Shown: one piece after another, positions 13,416-27,035 of the stretch
How positions within the stretch are numbered: position 1 is the first letter of the stretch
How the letters are laid out: each line of letters starts with the position of its first letter
NCBI RefSeq assembly: GCF_009914755.1
Contig: NC_060926.1
Length of the DNA: 64,000 nt
Origin: the human T2T-CHM13v2.0 reference genome, Homo sapiens
Strand: one strand, 5' to 3'
Program-made: the position numbers and the translations under genes
The notes under the pieces: generated by a model
What the model was told of the DNA's origin: nothing
Database searches by the model: none
Seen by the model: only the letters and a program-made list of their open reading frames with translations

Positions 13416-15371
13416 ACTCGTAGCCTCTTGGGCCCTTGATCAGTGTGTATTTAGTCAGACTCAGGTTAAATTGCAAGCTTCCGGGAGCTCTCAGCAGACG
13501 TGCTTCTAGGTCCGACTCTAATACTGTGGAAGCATTTAGAAAAGGCTCTTAGTGACAAGACACTATTCCCCTCTGAGACGAAAATAACCCTAGCGGTCAG
13601 GATTGGGGAGAGACACTTATTAGGAGTTATGTATTAGAAAAGCCATTTATTGAGAGAGGGAAAAACTACATCTGGGGAAAGGAAAGAATGCTGATCTCAG
13701 TCATTTTAAATCCCTGCACACTTCCCCAGGAAGCTTCTAGAAATGGTTAATAGTTGGTGCTCTACGAACTGAAGGAAACCTTCAGAATGCTTTTCAACCT
13801 GGCTTTGTTTTTCTCTAGCACCTCTTCTTCAAAAAGTGTTCATTCACGACAGAGGGGTTAGAACAGAAAGGAGTGACTCAAAGCTGTTGAGGGTAGGAAA
13901 GGGCCTGGTATCCACCTTCTGAATATCATCGGATGTCAGGCATGGGAGTTTGGGGCAGTTTCGCACAGAGAGGCTGGGACTTAGGCAGACTGAGTGATCC
14001 CTTGTGTGCGCCTGTTCTGCACAGACCCTCCCTTCAGAATTCTGTTTTAGAATATGTAGGTCACACAAACAAGCAGAATAATAGGGTTCAGTTAGCTCTG
14101 CTTATAAACTGCAAAACATTTCCAGTGTGCTAAAAATGCCACGTGCATAATTGAGCGAGAGCTACTTTGTTTTCAAATCTGCTCTTGTGATATCTGAGAC
14201 TCGGAGTCTGGGAAAACTGACAGTATTTTCCTCTCATTTGTCCAGGGTTTTCCCCAGTTCTTTTTGACCTGAGGTATACTCTCAGCCAGTGTGCCCAGGT
14301 AGTGGCTGCTGGGAACTTGGCAAACCATCACATTTGCCCATTCTGAACATCAAGGATGGGCAAAAGGTGGACACCTTGTGCTGTCTAGGGAGACTCGAGA
14401 TGTCCAGTGTCCAGCTGAAGAACAAGATGGGGGAAACCCCAAGAATGAATGCTAGTGATGCTCTGATTTGTAAAATGTGATGCTATGTTTATTTGTCAAT
14501 ATTTTACTGAAGAGTAACAAATACAGATGATTGTGAAAATCATTAACATACATCTCAATACATTTTCAAAAGGTAGCAGCAGGTTTTAAATGAGGATATG
14601 TGTGGATAAGGCAGTGGCTCATCTTTCCTTTTGTCTTCAAGGGAAAACACAGGCTCCTTACAATCATGCCCACGCAGCCTGCACCAGAGGTGAAATCAAA
14701 GCAACACAGAGTATTGTACTGCATTTCAGTCCAGGAGGCTCAGTGCAGCCTCTACAAAATGTATCTGTGAAACGGTCCTCGGCAAATCCTTAGCCCCAAA
14801 TGTCAAGCCAGCTGGAGCAGCCACTGCCTCCTGCAGACTCCAGGCTCTTGCAGGATAGCTCCTGCCCAGGCCCCTCGTCTCTGCTGCCTCACTCCATTTG
14901 GACCCTGGCTTGGCGAGCTGTAGGAGAGAGAGGGTTGGTGAGAGAGGAGATCTGATTTGTGTGCTGCCACTGCTCAGGGATGGCGAGGAGAGGAGTAGTG
15001 GTGGAGGAGCCAGCAGGGAACACCACCTGCTCATTCCTTCCCTTGCTGGACATCTCTGCAGCTCCTCTCTGGCTGCATTTCCCAATGTTCCTTCCGCATC
15101 CTTCTCTAGTGGCCTGGGCGAGTAGAGCCAAATGACAGTGTGGCTTCTGAGCCTGTGATGACAACCCTGGGGGACGATGTTGAAGGCGGCAAGGATTTCA
15201 CTTCTTTTCATTCCCTAATGCAGGCTTTGGATGAAGAGAAGTGGTTGGAAGGAGGGAAGTGGAGCATCATGAATGGCTGGACAAATGAACACAGCACCTG
15301 CCATGTGCCAGCCCTCAGATTGCTGCAGAGGGCACCTGAAGCATGATTTTGCCTTACCTTAAAATGTCACC

Positions 15372-15740
15372 TGTAACAGATCTACGAGTCCTCTGCCTTA
15401 TCCTCTCGGTCCCAGGCCCACAAAGACTCTCCATAGCCCCTGCTGCGAGGGCTGCCTCGAGGTGCACACTCATGGCCAAGGACTGACAGTTATGAGGGCA
15501 TAAACCCTGCAGCTTTCCTGCCCCCTGATCAGACACCTGTGGGCATAAGCCTCACTGTCCAGAGCTCCCCGTGGGATTGAGTGGGCATAACCCTGCCTGG
15601 GTCTTTGTTGATATTGCAGCTGGTTGGGCTTTCATCCCTCCTCACTCCCCAACAGTGGGGTTTTCTTGTCAATGCTCTCTAAGAAACTCCTTTGAGATGT
15701 CGCCTCAGGGTCCACTTCTGAGGAAACCCAAACTAAGACA
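15372..15740 (+). mobile_element. LTR16-family ERVL solo LTR
   Basis: 3' terminus 'ctcagggtccacttctgaggaaacccaaactaagaca'. Confidence 0.65.
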
Positions 15741-17783
15741 GTGTTATTTTGATTCCTCATAAATATTTTCAATCCTCCAATTTTGATTCATGAAACTCAG
15801 AAAATGAATCTTAAGTAAATGTCTGCTATTGTCACATCCCATGTGATCTCTAGTTTTACTTTCTTAAGGATTTTCATGGAAACCCTGCCTCGAGGCAGAA
15901 TTACAAGACGAGTGATATTGAAAAGGAGACAATCTATTATCCACATGACTGTTTTAACCAAATTACCTTCTAAGTTGTGACACAGGGTCCCTCAAAATTT
16001 GAGAAAGAATTTGAGTTCTTGTCATCTGTATTAGTTCACCGAGAATGAATCCTCAAATGATAAATGAAGGGGTAAGAAGATGTGTACAAATGCAAGGCTG
16101 CCCTCTGAGCCCCACAGGGTGGTGTCTGCCCTGTACCAAGAGACCCCCTCACCAGGGCCTGCCTCTGCAGCCCCTGTGATCACCTAGCAAATCCACCATC
16201 CCCCACCACAGACTGTCTTTATTAGATAGAAGTGAAGGCGCAGCAGAGGGGAGCAGGTCTTTCTCCAGCCACTGCACGCATATGTGATCTTTGACCTCAT
16301 CCCCTGTGCCACCCTGAAGCTCAAGAGAGGCCCAGATGCCATTGATTTTCATGTGCTGATGTCGCTTTGGTACAACAGTGCCCTCGATATATACAATTCA
16401 TGATTTAAAAAAAAAATCAAGGCTAAATTTATAAGATGAATTTGCCTAACTCTCTGGTTTTTTAAAGCATATTACAGTACTTTTATTGTTGCCAGGAAAG
16501 CTGTTGACTTAGGCTTCCTGGTGATGCCATGGAGGTGGGTGAGTTCGTTCAGAGAAGGTAAAAGCTATAAGAGTTCATTCTTTTGAGCTTTTATACTTAA
16601 CGCTCTGTGATGTAAAATTTGTAGCAAATTCCCTGTACGTGTTTTTCTTCAGAGTACATGTGACACATTTCCTGATACCTGCTAAAAGTTGATTTTTAAC
16701 AGAGTAAAACATTTTGGAAGAAGGTAGCATGGAGTGTCGTGTAAAACTGCACTCTAGACATCCACACCTGCTGCTCTGAGGTGTGTATTCTATTTGATTA
16801 TTGAAGTAGGGTGGAGGTGTTTGTTAAATATTTGGAGACATGTGATGCTTAGGATGTGTTTGTTTTGTTTTTACATATATCCCTGTTTTACAAGGCAAAA
16901 AGATTTTTTAGTATCTCCAAATTATTGTTTTTCTCCATTCTCTTCACCCAATTTCTTTTTCCACTACTTTTTTTCATTTAATCCTGCCCGTAATCTGATA
17001 TACGGACCACCAAATCATCTCCATTGCAAATCACCTGAGCTCGCTGACTTTCCAGCCAACATATGGACAGCCACTTGCCCCTTTTACCCCCCACACACAT
17101 GGTGACGGGGCCATTGTTTTATGGCCCAGTTCTGGAGGACATTTCCTCAGTCATCATTCCACAGGCTTTCAACGGGTCTCTGAGAAATATGCTCATCTTC
17201 TGGAAGGATAATTTTTTTTTCTCTTGTGATAGCCTGAACATCAGTCTTTGGATAGTAATTGTTGTGATTTTTATGATTAACATATCTGGCAGCTCATCCC
17301 TTTATTCACTTGCTTATTATTCATGCAACAGGCCTTTATGAGTTTGCTGCATATCATTATTAGACTTTACAAATGGCTGCCAAAAATGACCAGAAATCTT
17401 GGGGGATGACAGCACCAAATAGCTCATAGGAAAAGAATAGGAAGTGTGAATTGATCACCTTCCTAACACTTAGGGGTAAACCAGAGAGTTAGCCAAAGAA
17501 AAGAAGAAATGAAGATAAACCTAGAATCGCATCCCTCTTCAGATTTGATATACAAGAGACCCTCTTAGCCCATCTCCACCCAACAGGCCAGCTGGACCAA
17601 TCATCCCTCATGATTTATTGCCCTGGAAAACACACAGACTCAGGCCCAGCATTGGGCTTGTGGCTGGAGGGGCCCCTCCAGGAGACCTAGGTCTGTCTGA
17701 CCCTGCTTGTTGAATCATATGTGTCCCATAAGCAAGTTGTGTTCATTCCCAACTCATTTATGTCCTTTCTTAAAATCGTTCTT

Positions 17784-17787
17784 TTTC

Positions 17788-17818
<31 letters not shown>

Positions 17819-18108
17819 TTTGAGACGCGGAGTCTCACTCTGTCGCCCAGGCTGCAGTGCAATGACATGATCTTGGCTCATTGCAACCTCCACCTCTCAG
17901 GTTCAAGTGATTCTCGTGCCTTAGCCTCCTAGTAGCTGGGACTACAGGTGCCTGCCACCATGCCTGGCTAATTGTTTTTGTATTTTTAGTAAGAGACTGG
18001 GATTCTCCATGTTGGCCAGGCTGATCTTGAACTCCTGACCTCAAGTGATCTGCCTGCCTTGGCCTCCCAAGGTGCTAGGATTACAGGCATGAGCCACCAC
18101 ACCTGGCC
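17784..18108 (-). mobile_element. AluS element with (TTTA)n tail
   Basis: Full dimer; TSD TTAAAAT(C/T)GTTCTT. Confidence 0.95.
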
Positions 18109-18262
18109 TTAAAATTGTTCTTAAATGTTAACTTATTCTTAACATTGCATAATTTGCTTAAACATCTCAACTTATGAAATAGGAGATCAAAAGAAAAGAG
18201 AAAAGTTGCTTGAATAAAAAGTAAGTCGAATGCTTTGGAAAGAATCATTAGCACTAACCTCA

Positions 18263-18646
<384 letters not shown>

Positions 18647-18699
18647 CTATGGAGTTATTTTTTAAAAGGTCAACCATTTACATTTTTTAAAGGTTAATA

Positions 18700-19520
18700 T
18701 AATTCACAACATAGGCAAATGACAAGAAGAACCAGTTCATAAAAGAAGCCACTATATATTACAGGTAAAAACTTTCATCATAAGTAGTTACTTTAAAAAT
18801 GCAAATTAAAACTATATTTACTGATAAAACAGGCAGATGAATATTAAAATATGACTCAGTGCCACATTCTGATTCACTCTTGAGATAAGTCTGTCCTGGA
18901 AAAAGTTTTCTTACAAGCAACCGGTCCATATGTATCAAGAGCCCTAAAAACCATTAATTCCTTTAAATGCAGTGATTCTACTTCCAGTAATTTATTCTAA
19001 ATCAATAATCAGATATTTGGCCAAAGATGTATGCACAAAGACATTCATTGTAGCACTATTACAGCAAAAGATTTGAAGTCACCCAAATGTGCTAAATTAG
19101 GAGAAATATACTTATGTGTGTGTATATAAATATGTTTTCCATATCAATATATATTATCTCTCTATACACAAAAGTATACAATATATAAATATGTTTGTTG
19201 AATATATATATGAATATTACATAGTCATTAAAAGTTGGATACTTAAACAATAGAAATGATTCATGGAACTGCTCATTTTATAATTTTAAGAGAAAAATAG
19301 TTTCTGAAGTTATACATTCAAAATTATACCATTTTTAATTTAAAAGTTACTCTAAAGATTTCTATTTCTAAATTGAAAAAAGAATAAGAAAATATACCAG
19401 AATGTTGACTAGGATGTTGAAATTATTTTTCTTCTTTTATATTTTAATTTACTTTTCTAATTTTCTGCAGTGAATACATGTATCATATTTAAGAGAAAAC
19501 TATTTTATTTTTTAAAAGGT
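18700..19520 (+). mobile_element. Old L1ME-type 3' fragment
   Basis: 'atgcaaattaaaacta', 'gattctacttccagtaatttattctaa', 'gatgtatgcacaaagacattcattgtagcactatt'. Confidence 0.6.
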
Positions 19521-19539
19521 GTTAATAAAAGATCTCTCT

Positions 19540-19563
19540 CACACACACACACACGCGTGCGCG

Positions 19564-19616
<53 letters not shown>
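19540..19616. repeat. Compound (CA)n-(CG)n-(CA)n microsatellite
   Basis: Directly visible alternating purine-pyrimidine run. Confidence 0.95.
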
Positions 19617-19617
<1 letters not shown>

Positions 19618-19739
19618 CTAGGAACAGCTGGTGATGCTTCCCAGTCCAAAAATCCAGCCATGGTAGTTAGAAATGGCAGGTGTCAGAGACAAGGCTCATT
19701 TTTGTGCTGGGAAGAACACTGGGTGGCTCTAATCTGGGT

Positions 19740-21200
19740 GACCACATGATTTCACAAATATTTCCAAAGGCCTTTTTCAGATTAATTTCACTTTCTATAA
19801 AGAAAAACACATATAACCAGGTTTACAGAACAACTCATTTAAAGCCAGTTATTGGAGGGTTGAATAATTGGATGCTCCCTCATATTTCACTGGCATTGCA
19901 GTCATAAATTCCACCGATTCTCCTGCCTGGACCATCCAAGACTGGAGCCTCTTCCTTGTGACTGTCTATGGTCCCAATGACTTGAACTAGCAAATTGGAA
20001 TACAAAGACCTTGGTCTGCATCTCAAAATTAAATCCAGCCTAGAGTTAATAATAAAGTGCTGGGATGATTTGTTTCTACTTAACAACTTGATAAATCACC
20101 AAACAAGAAATTTACCAAAAGGTACAGAAGGATTTGAAAATGTCTGCAAATTCCATAACTGCAAAATTTAATCTGTGAATCCCATAATTAATTTTGTTTC
20201 CAGTTAAGCAACCCAGAAAGCAGCTGAATGCTCCTTTCAATCAACATCACTTAATTACTTGGAGTTCCTTTGTTCGATTATCCTGGTTTTTCCAAACATG
20301 ACAGTCTGATATGTTTGGAATAGTATACACATTAGAGAATGAGAAACGGGTGAATAGGATATTGGTTTATCTTTAATTCAGAGTTCCAAAGATCTTAACT
20401 CCCACTTATCCACATAGAAATAAACTGATTTTAGAAATGGAAGTACTAAAAATTGTTGTTTTTTTAATTAAGTGAAAATATTATTCAAGCAACATAATAT
20501 TCAAAAGTATAAAACAATTCATACAAAATTTCCCAATTCAAAGTAACCAGACTCTTAAGTAAAATATTTAGAAGAAGCTGGTCCATTTGATTCAATAAAA
20601 ATTTAAATTAGAAAAACCTCATGCCTGTTAATGGAACTGGGAAGACAACTTGCCTTTTTCTCTGAAAAGGACGTGGGGGCTTTAGATAACCATATGTTTG
20701 CTTGGAGTCAAAAATGAGTCATGGCTGCCAAAAAAAGCCAGAGCGATATTAAGCTGTATTAATAAAAGTACAGTGTCCACTGTGAGGGTGATAATAGTCC
20801 CTTTGTGGTGTGCACTTGTTGGAGCGCGGCCCATCTGGGGCACTGCAGCCGCTCTGACAAATGAGGCTGCCCGGGCAGAGGCCCCAACGTGCTGGCCGCC
20901 TGGAAGGCAAGTCAAATGGTGAGCAGATGCGAGGGCTGGAAAAGGCAAGGGGAAGCAGGGTGGCATGTGACATCCGTATTCTAGCATATGAGGAGCTGTC
21001 ATGGGGGAAGCGGATTCTGCAGACTGTGTGGTTTCCAGGGCAGAACTAAGAGCCAAAAGATGGAATGTGCAAGGAGGAAGATTTCAGCTCCCCATAATCA
21101 GGCTTTGCAGCTCTTAGAGGAAGAGGAGTACTGAACCCCCATCGGCAGAAGCATGGGCGATGGTGGGGTCTCAGTATTGGAAATGTGAGGGATTTTGATT
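19740..21200 (+). mobile_element. L3/CR1 LINE reverse-transcriptase remnant, interrupted by an AT-rich stretch at ~20200-20630
   Basis: ORF 20698-20922 contains 'PKKARAILSCINKSTVSTVRVIIVPLWCALV', resembling CR1 ORF2 'AAKKANAILGCINRSIVSRSREVIVPLYSALV'; upstream '..KAF..' and 'NNW' traces are weaker. Confidence 0.65.
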
Positions 21201-21280
21201 CTATAAACTCATCTTTTCTTACATGGAAGAAAATGCAAGTGTATGTTAGCAAAATATTAGTGTTGGAGGAGACCTTTTCA

Positions 21281-21452
21281 TATTTTTTATTTTATTTTAT
21301 TTTTTTAAGTTCCAGGGTCTATATGAACGATGTGCAGGTATGTTACATAAGTAAATGTGTGCCATGGTGGTTTGCTGCACCTATCAATCCATCACCTAGG
21401 TGTTAAGCCCAGCATGCACTAACTCTTTTCCCTGATGCTCTCCCTTGCCACC
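21281..21452 (-). mobile_element. L1PA (older primate) 3' end
   Basis: T-rich tail then 'gatgtgcaggtatgttacataagtaaatgtgtgccatggtggtttgctgcacctatc'; inserted into a MIR with GAGACCT repeated on both sides. Confidence 0.85.
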
Positions 21453-21454
21453 CA

Positions 21455-21600
21455 TGGAAGAGACCTGTAAAGATCTTCTGAGACAATCTCCTCACCTTAC
21501 AAGTGAGAACAGCTTGGCCCACAGCTGTAAAGATCACACACATGTAACTCAGAGGGTTGAGAGGAAACTGGGACCCGCCTCTCCTGATGGTGAAGGTGGT
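21455..21600 (-). mobile_element. MIR fragment
   Basis: 'ggaagagacctgtaaagatcttct...ctcaccttacaagtgagaac...aagatcacac'. Confidence 0.5.
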
Positions 21601-23984
21601 GGCCTTCCATGACCACATAGCATTACTGCTTTATTTTCATTGAAAATAGACAACATTTGCCTCTCCACCTCACATGTTCACATGGGATGCAGGTTGAGCT
21701 GGGGATGAACAAATTCTCTAAGTCTCTAATATTTGTGAAGGATGCTGCTCGGCCATAAAATGTGAATGAAAGGTACATTAGACTAACTCTGACAGTGAAG
21801 AGTCTACCATCTGGTTGTAAAGGAGAGAAACTATATACGAGTCAAAATAATCCCATGGCAAGGCAATTTATAAGAGTCAAATAGTCAGTTTGGATGCCAG
21901 ATGCCCTAGTATTTCAGAGGAGGAGAGGCTGGGCTGGATGAAGGGAGATATAGGACTTGAAGACAGAGTAAGGTGCAAAGAGTAGGTGCAAGGGAGAAAG
22001 GCTTAGAGGAGGGAAGGTTGGATCAGGGTGAGGAAGACAGCAGGCGGTCAGGCCCAGGGCAAGTACTTCCTTCCACTATCATTACACAGTCCTGTGGTCA
22101 TTAAGTAGAAGTGTTCATTAGGGAGGAGTTAATTCACAATGTCAATAGCCAGGAAGATATACCTCACAGCACATTGTCCACATCAAACTCCTCCTTAGGG
22201 CTTGCTATTATGTGACCCCCCCCATCAGGAGCTCTCAGGCTCCAGGAGCTGGACATTTCTTGCCAGTATGGTTTGGATATCACACCATGACCCGCTGGGA
22301 CTTACATGCAGCAATGTCCAATTGGAGAAAGAGACCAACACATGGAAAATACGTTCACTTTACCCAAACTCGATCAGGCGAGAGATGAGGGTTTATGGTC
22401 ATCTGAAAAAGAATCTCTGTGGCATTTTTTTGTGTGGCTTCCGAAACTCCAAACGAAAACCTTGACTATTCCCAGCCAAAGTGTGAAGCCTATCAGGATG
22501 TGATACTCCATTACAGGTGTAGCCAAAGGAAGGCAAGTAGTATGCTTTGTTTAACCAGATAGATTTGTCAAGGCAAAGTAGACAGTAAATGCTGCAATCC
22601 AAAAGCCAAGGCAAATGGAATGATCAAGAACTATCAGAGTCCTTCTTTCCCAGAATTTTTCTCTTTCCCCGAATATTTAGAACGAGAGCAAGACAGTAAG
22701 TTTGAGACTACATAAGCTGCCTCTCATGCACCGTGCATTTTCTTTTTTCCAAACTGAGGCGACAGTGATGGTCTCTAACCCTTCATCATGTTGTAATCAC
22801 AGGAAGCACAGCTCTGTATAAACATTCCAGTTGATTTTCAGAACAGCCCATCCCGGGTGTCTATAAAATAGCTGTAAGGAAATTCTTGCAAATGAATAAC
22901 AAACAACTCCAGGTGTTCAAATGAGGAACGTTCCCTAGATGCTAATGCCCAGACAAGCTCGGGTAGTTTTTCCAGGCAAAGTTGGTATTTTTAGTTTAAG
23001 AAACCAAGAAATAAAAAATGAAGGTCTTGTTTACACTCCCCTCTTGGTTCTTTGCGAGATCTTGAAAGGGGTGACTGCAGAGGCTGCATTTTAGGGACCC
23101 TCGGCTCTTTGAGAACAACACTTTTCTCCCCGTTACAAAGCACTTGTTTGTATTTATCTCCAAATGACACAGTGGCGGTTTATTCAGTGACAATCAAAAT
23201 CGCAGTTTCTGAAGGGTCCTGACTCCGGGGAGAGAGAGGTCTATTGTTGTCCTCTGTCCACATGCCTGACCGCTTTGAGAAAAAATTAATGACTTTGGAG
23301 ACTGATATTTCTACAGACCCCAAGAAAGGGACAATTTTCTGTTTTTGCTGACCGGAAAACTCTGGCATGTGATTATTGTACCACAAATGAAACTTCTGGA
23401 CAAGGATGCTACTTTACCAAGCCTGGGATGGTGCATAACCCACGCGGTGAAGGAAGAGGACTCTGGCTTCCTAAGTGTTTGTTGCCTTGCATTTTCTTGC
23501 AAAGATGAGCCGTCCCAGTTATGGTTTCCCAGAATACCGAAAGACACATCCCACTTACTCATGCCCAAGGAGCACAAGCAAACTCCACATCCTTTATTGC
23601 CTGGAATGAATTACAGCATGAGAAATTGGAGGGGGAGGCAGGAGTGAGGCGATGGGTTAAGGCAGCTGTGCCTAAATTAAAAATTCACTAGACTTGGCGT
23701 CAGAAAACCTGAGTGCGAAACGGTGCCTGGCACGCAGCAGATGTTTAACTCAAACAAAATAATGTCAACAACGAAGGCACAAAACTCACATTTTTAGAGA
23801 AAAGCAAACAAAATACCAAACAGGATGACTCGAGTAAGATTTGGCTTCCTTCCTACGAGATGTTTCTTTTTTATTCAGCTTTTCCCAATTTTGAACACAA
23901 TGGTGTTGAACCACGGCAGCCCTTTCTCTTTTCAGACGAATCGGGGTGGACCTCTGTGGTTGCTACCTAGTCTCAGCTGGTTTC

Positions 23985-24175
23985 AGTAGAAATAAACCTG
24001 CATTCAAAGCCGGACTCTGCCACCTCCCAGATGAGTGCCTCTGGACTGCTAACTTCCCTGCTTGCTGCAGTGTGGGTAATAAACCCCAAACAGACAGGAC
24101 TGTGAAGAATCACTGAGATAATGGGCAAAACGGTGCTAACTATGTGCTCATGGAAGTTCTATGAAATTATAAAAC
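23985..24175 (+). mobile_element. MIR fragment
   Basis: 'acctgcattcaaagccggactctgccac...ctaacttccctg...gtgaagaatcactgagataatg'. Confidence 0.5.
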
Positions 24176-26409
24176 GTGAGAATAGAAGGAGGGGAAAAAA
24201 GGACTACCTGTTTCTGGCTGGCCCAGGTGCAACAGTCCCCTCTGAGCAGAAAAGAAGGCCCGCATTTTACTCAAACTGGTGGGCGTCTTGTGAGGTGTGG
24301 CGAGCCCAGGGGATCCGCCTTTTGCCACCCCTCCCTGTACTTTATTCTGAGGGCATTTATTTAAAGTGGGTCATCATTCAAGACAACTTTGCTTGCAAGG
24401 CCTTGAGAAATGCTTTGTGCTGCCCATGCAGCCACGGCAAAGAGAGGTCCCACCAGGATGGTCTCAAGGTCCCCAACTCCCACATCCAAGGGGGCACCCA
24501 GTGAATCAGAGGGAGAGGCCCCCGCTCCCTCTCCTCCCACTCGGGCTCACAGGGAACATTCACTCCCCCACTCCCATCATCCTCATCCACTCCAGCAGAA
24601 GCATGAGCATTGCTTCTGAGTCCTGTTACATTCTATCTTGGAAGCAGAAAGCCCACCCCAGGCGGTAAGCATGCTCAGTCGCCAGCACGTCCGCCAGTGT
24701 CTCCGGGACCCACTCCTTAGCAGATGGCTCTGGGGACCCAGAGAATTTGCTCAGAAAGCAAAATTCTGTTGTTACACTCTGTAAAAGCTTCTGGGAAAAT
24801 CGTCTTCGGAGTTGTCTTTTAATTAGGGAGTCTTCCATTTTTGCTCGTCTTTAAAATCCACATCACAGTCTTGACTGCTTCCTTCACAAGAGTCATCAGC
24901 CTCAAATGCCAGACCACAATGCGCCCTGGGGGCGCAAGGTGTTATGCAGATCCTCCCAGTCACTCTCCCTGCTTCAGGGAGCCCGGTTTGCAGGGCCAGT
25001 GTCCCTCTCAGATGATCAGTTCCTGAAAGGCTGGGTGCAGGGGGAGAGGATTCTTATTCATCTTTTGACTTCCCATTTTCTAGTGCACACCTGCTACATA
25101 GGAATTAATAATAAATGAATGTGAATGAACAGGACTGTTGTTACACAGTAAAGACAGGATCCAAACAGCTAGCAAGCTGAAGTCCTTGTCGATCAAGAGA
25201 CAGGAGGCATTGCAGCAGTCAATATGCCTCTTTAACTGTGCACCTATTACATGCAGAGAATATTCCAAAAAAAAAAAGCCTTCACCAGATGTCCCTTATA
25301 TAGCTTAGACATATGTTTTCCAAAAATAGTTGTTCTAAAGCATTTCTCTCACATTGGTTTCTCACTGTAGTCTTGGAGAAGGTATTTCTATAATGTTTAA
25401 GGGATGGGAGAGAGGCAGTGAAGAGAGAAAAAGAAAAACTGGAAATTACTCATCTGATAAAGAATCTATTTTAAGATTCCCGTGGACTAAATGAGGCTGC
25501 CTCTCACTAAGCTCCTAGCACACCTGATTTATTCTGTGAAATGAATGTTGCCTCCTCTCTTCAGCTAGTCATAAGGGTGTTAGGATTTGTTCTGCATAGG
25601 GACACATCCACTTAAACTGTGATTTCAGTAACAGGAATGTAAACAGTTCAATGGCATGACAAACGCCACAATAAACTTAGTGCCTTTAAGCCATGCTATG
25701 AAGGACAGCAGGGAACTCTAACATCTCTCCACACCTTTGAGACCATTGATTTCTAGTACCCAGATGATGAATAAAACCATAATCGTTAAGATGGAGCAGA
25801 TAGGACTCACAACCTTGCTAAATAAGTATTGGCAGCGATCTGTTCCCAGCTTGCATAGAAGGTCCGTGCCAGAGTGGAGAACATTATTGATCTATTTGGA
25901 AAGAGTGTGGCTTTCATTTATTTTAGATCCTTAGCTATTTATCTTCAGGCCTGGCTTGAGGCCAGTAAGAGAGGGACTGGTACGTAATGATTAGAAAGAA
26001 TTACTTGGCGTGAGGGCTCTGGGCTCAGCCCCAGCCTCTGCCTCTCCTCCTTCTACTTGTACATTGGAAAGTCTCTCAAACCTCCAGGTGTACAATGGTC
26101 AAATGGGAAGAGCAAAGAGCTTTGCACACAATGCAGGTTTGGTCCAATGATAAAAGGCAATGATTCTGGGAGTGTCGAGCATCCCAGAGGGGGCAGCCGT
26201 ATAGTCCATTGCAGTGGGTCTTGGGCTTGTGCTTGCATGGAAATCATACAGGGTGCCAGCTCCCTCCTCCTCGGGCTTCTGGTGCAGTAGGTCTCAAAGG
26301 GGACTGAGAACCTGCATTTCGAACAAGTTCCCAGGTGATGTCTGAGCTGCTGGTGCAGGAACCACTTTAAGTATCCCCAAGTCTAATGGCTTTAGTAACC
26401 CTAGAGTTG

Positions 26410-26620
26410 GGTAATGCCTGATTGAAATCCCAGCTCTTCTGCTTCCTGGCGGTGTGATTTCGGCCAACCTTCTCATCCTCTCAAAGCCCCAGATTCCTCA
26501 TATGTAAAATAGGTAAGAACCCCCACCTGCCTCTAGGGTGGCTGTGAGAATTAAATGAGACGCTGTGAGCAAAGGCCAGTGCCCACGGCTATTCACAGTT
26601 CAATATCGCGTTTGTTGCTC
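26410..26620 (+). mobile_element. MIR
   Basis: 'tgaaatcccagctct...ttcctcatatgtaaaatagg...gggtggctgtgagaattaaatgag'. Confidence 0.7.
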
Positions 26621-26879
26621 CTGTCTGCCATTCCGATGAAAAGTTAGGAGGCTGGGGAATTTGATCAACTTTGTTGTCCACAGTGAAGTTCAAACTCTGT
26701 TCCAGAATTTTGTATGCGACGAATGAATGAGAAGGAACGGAAGTCAGGGTCTCTATGATTGTTGAGGCTTAGGCTAAAGCAGATCGGATGCCAGGCAGGA
26801 GGACAATGGAATTCCCCAGGAGCCAAATAAGGTGCACAGTGCAAGTCTCAGTGCAACCTTGTGTTGGCAAAGGTCCCGC

Positions 26880-27035
26880 CTCTGGAGCCAGGAGGCCAGG
26901 CTCTGGTCCCAGCCTCCCCACTGACCTGCTGTGTGAGACCTCAGTTTCCCTGAACGTCTCTGGGACATGATTTCCTGATTCACAAAATGGGGAGGTTGAA
27001 TTGGATGACCTCTTCTGCCTCTGAAGTTCTAAGAA
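26880..27035 (+). mobile_element. MIR3/MIRc fragment
   Basis: 'cctcagtttccc...aaaatggggaggttgaattggatgacctc...ctctgaagttcta'. Confidence 0.55.

Noticed and set aside
14726-15211. 161-aa - strand ORF
   Set aside because: Non-ATG start in a GC-rich stretch, no family resemblance, no convincing splice sites
25763-25850. ATGATGA box C-like motif (snoRNA?)
   Set aside because: No box D CTGA or terminal stem at a suitable distance
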